A stretch of 64,000 bases of DNA from an uncultured bacterium (GTDB taxonomy: Bacteria; Chloroflexota; Dehalococcoidia; Dehalococcoidales; RBG-16-60-22), in NCBI GenBank assembly GCA_965369965.1, contig CBDUSH010000001.1, positions 20,269 through 84,268 on the forward strand. The letters run 5' to 3'. Both the position numbers and the translations under genes were made by a program. The notes under the pieces are model-generated. The model saw only the letters and a list, made by a program, of their open reading frames with translations, did not search any database and was not told where the DNA came from. Within the stretch, counting starts at the first letter, position 1. Every line of letters begins with the position of its first letter. Of the stretch, positions 58,063 through 64,000 are shown in pieces.

Positions 58063-59731
58063 AATCTTTCCCCAGCCGTTTTGTTTCCTCTTCCACCAGG
58101 CTGTCATCCAGTTTGAAAAATAGCGGCTGGGGTTCCGGCAGCTTTTGCCCCGGCGGCGGCGGCGGCGCCTGCCAGCCCTGGTCTGCCACCTTACCCTCGA
58201 AGCCGAGCAGTTCGTGCAGCTTCTGCGAGCTGAAAGGCAGGAAGGGGTAAAGCATTGTTTTCAGATGGCAGATTATTTCCAGGCAGACGTAGAGCGATTT
58301 CGCCGCGTCGTCGCGGTTTTCCTTGATCGCTTTCCACGGCGCCTTGTCGTCGAGGTAACGGTTGGCCCGGTGGGCCAGTCCCATCGCTTCGGTGATTGCC
58401 TGCTTGAAATGGCAGCCGTAGAGAAGCTCGTCCACCTTCTTCATCGTCTCCGCGGCCGCTTTCACCAGCGCTTTGTCCTGGCCGTCGTACTCGCCAACCG
58501 CCGGAACGGCGCCGTCGTAATTACGGTAGGTAAAGGTGAGAACGCGGTGCACCAGGTTGCCATAGGTCGCCACCAGCTCGTCGTTATTTCGTCGGACAAA
58601 CTCACGCCAGGAAAAATCGGTGTCCCCCATTTCGGGCATGTTTATCGAGAGCAGGTAGCGCAACGGGTCGGGTTCATATCTCTCCAGGTAATCCGGCAGC
58701 CAGACCGCCCAGTTGTTACTCGTGGAAAGCTTCCTGCCTTCGATGGTCAGGAACTCGTTGGCCGGCACGTCGTAAGGCAGGTTCAGGTCATGGCCGTAGC
58801 CCAGCAGTATCGCCGGCCAGATGAGGGTATGAAAGGGGATATTGTCCTTGCCGATGAAATAATAGCTCTTCACCTTGCTGTCCTGCCAGAAATCACGCCA
58901 TTTCTCCGGATTCCCGCTGGACTTGGCCCACTCCACAGCCGCTGAAAAATAGCCGATAACCGCCTCGAACCAGACATAGATCCGCTTATCGGCGTAACCC
59001 TCTATCGGTATCTCTACCCCCCATTTGAGGTCGCGCGTTATCGCCCTGTCCTTGAGACCGTCCTCAAGGTAGCGGGTGGAAAAATTGAGCACGTTCGGTC
59101 GCCAGTGCTTCTGTTTTTTAACCCAGTCCATGAGCTGGTCGTTGAAGGCGGACAGCTTCAAAAAGAAATGCTCCGAATCCTTGAAGACGGGCGTGGTACC
59201 GCACAGGCGGCAACGCGGATTAACCAGTTCCACCGGGTTCAACGGCTTGCCGCAGGATTCACACTGGTCGCCGCGCGCCCCGGGCGCGGCGCAGAACGGG
59301 CAATCCCCGCCGATATACCGGTCGGGCAGGAAACGCTGGCACTGCGGACAGTACGGCTGCGAAACGGTATGCCGGTAGATAAAGCCTTTCTCCAGCAGGG
59401 TGAGAAAGATGTCCTGGGTCACCTCGGCATGGTTGGCGGTGCCGGTGGTGGTGAACAGGTCATAGGAAATCCCCAGCTTCTGCCAGGACTCCAGGAATTG
59501 CCGGTGGTACCGGTCGGCTATTTCGGCGGGCTTTTTACCTTCCTGCTCCGCCTTGATGGTGATCGGTGTGCCATGCTGGTCTGAACCGGACACCATCAGG
59601 ACCTCGTTCCCCTTGCTGCGGTGATAACGGGCGAAAATATCCGGCGGCAGGTAAGCGCCGGCGATTTGCCCCAGGTGGAGCGGTCCGTTGGCATAAGGCC
59701 AAGCGGTGCAGATAAATATTCTCTCGCTCAT
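58052..59731 (-). CDS. metG: methionine--tRNA ligase
   Basis: It has a HIGH-type motif (PYANGPLHLGQ), the KMSKS variant KLSTS and zinc knuckles CPQC/CPFC and CESC/CRLC. Confidence 0.94.
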   Translation of the reverse strand: MSERIFICTAWPYANGPLHLGQIAGAYLPPDIFARYHRSKGNEVLMVSGSDQHGTPITIKAEQEGKKPAEIADRYHRQFLESWQKLGISYDLFTTTGTANHAEVTQDIFLTLLEKGFIYRHTVSQPYCPQCQRFLPDRYIGGDCPFCAAPGARGDQCESCGKPLNPVELVNPRCRLCGTTPVFKDSEHFFLKLSAFNDQLMDWVKKQKHWRPNVLNFSTRYLEDGLKDRAITRDLKWGVEIPIEGYADKRIYVWFEAVIGYFSAAVEWAKSSGNPEKWRDFWQDSKVKSYYFIGKDNIPFHTLIWPAILLGYGHDLNLPYDVPANEFLTIEGRKLSTSNNWAVWLPDYLERYEPDPLRYLLSINMPEMGDTDFSWREFVRRNNDELVATYGNLVHRVLTFTYRNYDGAVPAVGEYDGQDKALVKAAAETMKKVDELLYGCHFKQAITEAMGLAHRANRYLDDKAPWKAIKENRDDAAKSLYVCLEIICHLKTMLYPFLPFSSQKLHELLGFEGKVADQGWQAPPPPPGQKLPEPQPLFFKLDDSLVEEETKRLGKDYGP

Positions 59732-59761
59732 CAGACTCCCTTACTGCATCGAAATAGTGCC

Positions 59762-59980
59762 TTACTCCTTGAAGAAAGTCAGCACCGTCTCCCCTTTTTC
59801 CTGTTTGTAGTGCGCGTAATCCTTTTGCAGGCAGCACTCTACGCAATAGTGCCTTGCCTCCCCTTCGTCATCCTCGACGCCGTCTTTTTCTTCTATAGTC
59901 AGGTAGCGGCCGGGATACGGTATGATACGCTGGCACTCGTCACACTTGATATCTCCCATTGATATTGCTCCACGACGCAT
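59762..59980 (-). CDS. small zinc-ribbon protein (hypothetical)
   Basis: 72 aa with CDEC...CVEC. It abuts the rsmI stop directly. I recognise no family. Confidence 0.45.
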   Translation of the reverse strand: MRRGAISMGDIKCDECQRIIPYPGRYLTIEEKDGVEDDEGEARHYCVECCLQKDYAHYKQEKGETVLTFFKE

Positions 59981-60847
59981 TTATTCCCTCCTCTCCAGGC
60001 TGTGACATGAATTCTTATTTATCTCCCAGACCCGGCCCAGCTTCAACCAGGTACGGTACAGTTCTTTTCGCGGCAGGCCGGTCTCACCGGCGATGAGGGC
60101 AATCGCCTCTTTGGCGGTGGCTCCGGACAGGTACTGGCAATGCAGCTGCTCTTCAATCTCGGCGGTCATCGGCGGCTGTTTGGGCGTTCGCTTGCCTTCG
60201 ATAACCAGGGTAAACTCCCCGCGGGGCGTCCGGAAATGCTGGCTCGCCTGGCTGACCGTTCCCCGGTAGACCTCTTCGTACCGCTTGGTAAGCTCCCGGC
60301 AGACCGCAATCCGCCGGTCTCCCAGCACCAGCTTGATATCCTCCAGCGCCGCCCGCAGCCGGTGCGGTGTTTCCAGGACGACGATGCTGCCCGGTTCGCC
60401 GGCAGCCGATTCCAGTAAACGCTTTCTGGCGGTGGTCTTGTGGGGCAGGAAACCGAGGTAGCTAAACCTGTCCGTGGGTAATCCGGAAACCACCAGTGCC
60501 GTAATCACCGCGGAAGGCCCCGGTATAGGCACCACCCTTATTTCCCGCTCGGCGGCGGCGGTAACCAGTTCGTAGCCCGGGTCGGACAGTCCGGGCATCC
60601 CGGCCTCGGATACCAGGGCAACGTCTTCCTGCTTCAGGCGCTCCAGGATATATTCCAGCTTGCTCCGCTGGCTGTGCTCGTAGTAGCTCGTCATCGGCGT
60701 CTTGATGTTATAACGGGCCAGCAACCGGCTTGTCTTGCGCGTGTCTTCGGCGGCAATGAGGCTCACTTCGCCCAGGACGCGGATGGCGCGCAGAGAAATA
60801 TCCTCCAGGTTGCCAATCGGGGTGGCTACAATGTACAGAACCGACAT
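59981..60847 (-). CDS. rsmI: 16S rRNA (cytidine1402-2'-O)-methyltransferase
   Basis: It has the tetrapyrrole-methylase-fold N-terminus LYIVATPIGNLEDISLRAIRVL, plus AEDTR and GMPGLSDPG. Confidence 0.9.
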   Translation of the reverse strand: MSVLYIVATPIGNLEDISLRAIRVLGEVSLIAAEDTRKTSRLLARYNIKTPMTSYYEHSQRSKLEYILERLKQEDVALVSEAGMPGLSDPGYELVTAAAEREIRVVPIPGPSAVITALVVSGLPTDRFSYLGFLPHKTTARKRLLESAAGEPGSIVVLETPHRLRAALEDIKLVLGDRRIAVCRELTKRYEEVYRGTVSQASQHFRTPRGEFTLVIEGKRTPKQPPMTAEIEEQLHCQYLSGATAKEAIALIAGETGLPRKELYRTWLKLGRVWEINKNSCHSLERRE

Positions 60848-61049
60848 TATCCAATATTTTCCTTATCCGTAAACTATTATAACCCAAATTACGTTCAACT
60901 GTCCATTCCGGCGGCTTTTCATAACATTTTTCCTGCCCGGTATTACCGTTTTTGACTTGCCCGGGCAGCCCGTCGCGCCACCCGTCTCGATGCCTTGACT
61001 TAGCCCCCGGATTTTGGTATATTTCTTAGTTAATAGACAGGAAGGTAAA

Positions 61050-62195
61050 ATGACGAAACCTGAGTTTAAGCAGTTGCGGCGCGCCTATGGGTTTGATGAG
61101 GTGGCTATCGTACCCGGAGAGGTCACCATCAACCCCGAACAAACCGATATCGACCTGACGATAGCTGATTTTGTTTTCCCGATTCCCATTATCGCCTCGG
61201 CGATGGACGCCGTCACCGACGTTAATTTCGCCATTACCCTGAGTCATGCCGGCGGATTGGCGGTTCTCCATCTTGAGGGCGTCCAGGCGCGGTATGCTGA
61301 TCCTGAAGAGGTACTGGCAGAAATTATCCAGACGCCCCAGGCGGAAGTAACCGCCCTGCTGCAGAAGATTTATTCTCAGCCGATTCAGGAAAATCTTATC
61401 GCGGAACGGATACAGAACATAAAGAAAGCCGGGGCGGTTTGCGCCGTCTCGATAACTCCGGCCAATACCAAGAACTTTTCTTCCCTCATTGTTGAAGCCG
61501 GCGCCGATATGCTCTTCGTCCAGTCCACGGTGACCACCGCGCGGCACGTCTCAAAAAGCTACAAAGGGCTGGTTTTTTCCGAACTCTGCCATTCCCTGCC
61601 GATACCGGTGGTCGTCGGGAACTGTGTCAGCTACAATGCCTGCCTCGAATTGATGAGGACGGGGGTTGCCGGCATTTTGGTAGGCGTTGGTCCCGGGGCG
61701 GCCTGCACCACCCGGGCGGTACTTGGCCTGGGTGTTCCCCAGGTAACGGCCACTATTGATTGTGCCGCGGCCAGAGACCGGTACCATCGTGAGTCGGGAC
61801 GCTACGTGCCCATCATCACTGACGGTGGTTTCCGCAAAGGCGGCGACCTCTGTAAAGCCCTGGTCGCCGGCGCCGACGCCGTCATGCTGGGCTCCATTTT
61901 CGCTCAGGCGAATGAAGCCCCCGGCAAGGGCTACCACTGGGGAATGGCCAATCCTCACCCGGCATTGCCGAGAGGCACCCGGATAAAAGTCGGCGTTACC
62001 GGTACGCTGGAGCAGATACTGTTCGGGCCGGCTTCGGTCACCGATGGCAGCCAGAATCTGGTCGGGGCTATCCGCACCGCCATGGGCGTCTGCGGCGCCG
62101 CCACCATCTCGGAAATGCACGACGTGGAAATGATAATCGCCCCGGCGATTATTACCGAAGGCAAGTCCTGGCAGATGTCCCAGTCCGGCCGCTGA
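61050..62195 (+). CDS. IMP dehydrogenase/GMP reductase family protein lacking the CBS subdomain (GuaB3-like)
   Basis: It is a TIM-barrel IMPDH-family protein (AYGFDEVAIVPG, IIASAMDAV, GVGPGAACTTR). I chose the ATG at 61050, preceded by GGAAGG. Confidence 0.75.
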   Translation: MTKPEFKQLRRAYGFDEVAIVPGEVTINPEQTDIDLTIADFVFPIPIIASAMDAVTDVNFAITLSHAGGLAVLHLEGVQARYADPEEVLAEIIQTPQAEVTALLQKIYSQPIQENLIAERIQNIKKAGAVCAVSITPANTKNFSSLIVEAGADMLFVQSTVTTARHVSKSYKGLVFSELCHSLPIPVVVGNCVSYNACLELMRTGVAGILVGVGPGAACTTRAVLGLGVPQVTATIDCAAARDRYHRESGRYVPIITDGGFRKGGDLCKALVAGADAVMLGSIFAQANEAPGKGYHWGMANPHPALPRGTRIKVGVTGTLEQILFGPASVTDGSQNLVGAIRTAMGVCGAATISEMHDVEMIIAPAIITEGKSWQMSQSGR

Positions 62196-62208
62196 CCGGA
62201 CGCTGAAA

Positions 62209-62982
62209 CTATTCCTCTTCTTCTATCTCTTCTTCTTCTTCGATTTCGCCGCTCGTCTCGGCGCGCAACCGGGGAAGCAGTGCCCCCATCTCCCCCCGCT
62301 GCCGGGATGGGAAATCCGTCCGGTCGATTATTCCCCGTAGTTCTTTTATCCTCCCCGTCGCTACCACGCCGGCTATACCCGCTTTCCAGAGGGCCTGAAA
62401 ATCGCCGGTGCCTGCCTCCGGGGTGATCGGTACCAGCAGCGGTTTTCTCAACAGTTCGGCAAGACGCGCATACCGCATCAGGTGGCGCCAGGTGAGCGCG
62501 GGTCCGGTTCCATCTTCGTCGGTGGCCAGCACCGCGTCCACCGGCAGCTCGTTGATGGCTCTCACCATGCCCTCGCTCAGGGAAGATTCCACTTCCAGTA
62601 TCCGCCCGGTGCCCTCTGTCTCGGGAACGTCAAGTGCCGCGTCGGACAGGAAAACGACGAAGTCGGCGCTTCCCTTCAATCCCTTCTTAACGTTTTCCCC
62701 GGGGCTGCCTTCCGGGCGCCATCCCCAGGGCATATCGCCAATCGCTTCGGCCACCGTTTTCAGGGTACCGGCGTCGGCCTTGGGCAGGTTTATCAGCAAC
62801 CCGTCGGCGCCGTCTATCTCTTCGGCCAGTTGGCGGGGATTAACCATCTCGCTGACGCGGGCGAGCAGACATATTTTCGGTTTCGTGACCGCTTTCGGCG
62901 TCACCTGGAACCCCAGAGACCGGGACGTCCCTTTCGTTGTCTGGTTCAGCCGGTCAATCAGCTTGCTCATGCCACTCTCCAT
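62209..62982 (-). CDS. hypothetical protein with a poly-Glu C-terminus
   Basis: 257 aa, ending ...GEIEEEEEIEEEE. I recognise no family. Confidence 0.5.
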   Translation of the reverse strand: MESGMSKLIDRLNQTTKGTSRSLGFQVTPKAVTKPKICLLARVSEMVNPRQLAEEIDGADGLLINLPKADAGTLKTVAEAIGDMPWGWRPEGSPGENVKKGLKGSADFVVFLSDAALDVPETEGTGRILEVESSLSEGMVRAINELPVDAVLATDEDGTGPALTWRHLMRYARLAELLRKPLLVPITPEAGTGDFQALWKAGIAGVVATGRIKELRGIIDRTDFPSRQRGEMGALLPRLRAETSGEIEEEEEIEEEE

Positions 62983-63111
62983 ATTATCCGGGATATCATT
63001 CTACGGCCGGTCAACGCCGTCAGTCCAGTATAGCACAAGGGCGGAACCGGCGCCGGTTAAGGCCGTCCGTACTGTTTTTAAAAATTCAAAATATGCAAAA
63101 AATTCTGCAAG

Positions 63112-63140
63112 TTGCTCGTTTTCGCGGAAACTGCTATAAT
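63112..63140 (+). promoter_or_regulatory. sigma70-type promoter placed for a leaderless or near-leaderless crp/fnr transcript
   Basis: TTGCTC (63112-63117), 17-nt spacer, TATAAT (63135-63140). The ATG at 63150 lies only 9 nt past the -10 element. Confidence 0.45.
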
Positions 63141-63149
63141 CCTCTGCAA

Positions 63150-63821
63150 ATGGCAATCCGCGAAGAACTTATAAAATCAAACGCCTACTTTTCCCACATC
63201 CACCCGGACGAACTTACCTCCGTTCAGAGGTTTGTTTTCGAAAAGACGGTGGAAAAGGGAGGCATTATCCTTTTTGAAGGCGAACCCGCCGAAGTTCTCT
63301 ACTTTGTCATTTCCGGGGTAGTTAAAATATTCAAGACCTCGACTGACGGTAAAGAGCAGATTCTTCAGCTCATTCGCCCCGGCGAGTCTTTCAATGACGT
63401 TCCCGTTTTTAACGGCGATGCCAATCTGGCCACCGCCGAAGCGATGGGACCGGTGGTCCTCTATGGAATTAAAAAGAGTGATCTCGCCATTGTCCTTAAA
63501 GACTGCCCACAGGTGTCTCTGAATATTCTCCGGGTACTTTCGGAAAAGATGACCCGTCTGGTGATGCTTGTTGAAGATTTGTCCTTCCGTCACGTTACCG
63601 GTCGGGTGGCCCGGATACTCCTGGAATACACCGGAGAAGGCAGCGCCCAGCGCCCCCGCCTCACCCAGCAGGAGATGGCCGCCATGGCCGGCACTGTCCG
63701 GGAAGTGATTGGCCGAGCCCTCAAATCCCTGGAAAAAGACGGATTGGTCAGAATCGAACGCCACCGCGTCGTAATTACGGACAAGCAGTCACTGCAGGAA
63801 ATGGCCGGACTGGCCGTGTGA
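63150..63821 (+). CDS. Crp/Fnr-family transcriptional regulator
   Basis: It has a cNMP-binding-like beta-roll (GGIILFEGEPAEVLYFVISGVVKIFK) and a C-terminal HTH (QQEMAAMAGTVREVIGRALKSLEKDGLV). The listed ORF start at 62937 overlaps the neighbouring gene and is unlikely. Confidence 0.88.
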   Translation: MAIREELIKSNAYFSHIHPDELTSVQRFVFEKTVEKGGIILFEGEPAEVLYFVISGVVKIFKTSTDGKEQILQLIRPGESFNDVPVFNGDANLATAEAMGPVVLYGIKKSDLAIVLKDCPQVSLNILRVLSEKMTRLVMLVEDLSFRHVTGRVARILLEYTGEGSAQRPRLTQQEMAAMAGTVREVIGRALKSLEKDGLVRIERHRVVITDKQSLQEMAGLAV

Positions 63822-63859
63822 GATAAAAGTCACAGACAAACGAAAGGGATAATTTTACT

Positions 63860-64000
63860 ATGTCAACGGATGGAGACGGGGTAGTTATGTTAGAAATGCC
63901 GGAAATCGACCCGGAAAAATGCGACGGGTGTGGTTTGTGCGTTGATGTCTGTGGTTGTCACGCGGTGGTAATGGTCGGCAACCGGGCAACGATAATCGAG
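63860..64000 (+). CDS. 4Fe-4S ferredoxin-domain protein, N-terminal fragment (runs off the window)
   Basis: Hand translation gives MSTDGDGVVMLEMPEIDPEKCDGCGLCVDVCGCHAVVMVGNRATIIE, which contains the motif CxxCxxCxxxC. Confidence 0.6.
   Translation, partial: MSTDGDGVVMLEMPEIDPEKCDGCGLCVDVCGCHAVVMVGNRATIIE

Noticed and set aside
62937-63149. N-terminal 71-codon extension of the Crp/Fnr ORF as listed in the ORF track
   Set aside because: It overlaps the 5' end of the opposite-strand gene and contains the promoter-like TTGCTC/TATAAT elements. The conserved regulator fold starts at the Met at 63150.

Overview
The window reads as chromosomal core DNA from a moderately GC-rich bacterium. Gene content and order suggest Chloroflexota/Dehalococcoidia, but that is only an inference. 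The centre (14.7-35.3 kb, minus strand) is a complete str/S10/spc/alpha ribosomal-protein superoperon running rpsL-rpsG-fusA-rpsJ...rplQ-truA-rplM-rpsI. It includes an unlisted rpmJ. EF-Tu is absent between fusA and rpsJ. Upstream genes are trpS (partial), a Tat-dependent pair of multicopper-oxidase-like proteins, a cytoplasmic molybdopterin oxidoreductase module, rtcB plus archease, ahcY-metK and a phosphohexomutase. Downstream lies a 12-gene minus-strand operon for an acetoin/2-oxoacid-dehydrogenase-type complex (E1ab, E2, E3). It carries its own lipA/lipB, an AcoX-like kinase, a 2-hydroxyacid dehydrogenase, an HpcH-type aldolase, a ferredoxin-like protein and two paralogous proteins I cannot place. 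The remaining genes are a phosphotriesterase homolog, an M42 peptidase, tRNA-Thr, proVWX, ftsH, a polyprenyl synthase, metG, rsmI, an IMPDH-family protein, a Crp/Fnr regulator and a partial ferredoxin. I found no CRISPR array, transposase, integrase or recognisable defence system. Items worth a second look: the copper ligand set split across the two oxidase proteins; the unknown paralog pair heading the dehydrogenase operon, preceded by 41-bp tandem repeats with a dyad core; a low-GC islet bracketed by a tRNA-Thr 5'-half copy; a 23-nt inverted repeat pair around the Mo-enzyme module; diverged tandem duplications of gene junctions inside the ribosomal operon; and in-frame tandem repeats extending S3 and LipB. 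All function calls rest on motif recognition by eye, and no database search was run.
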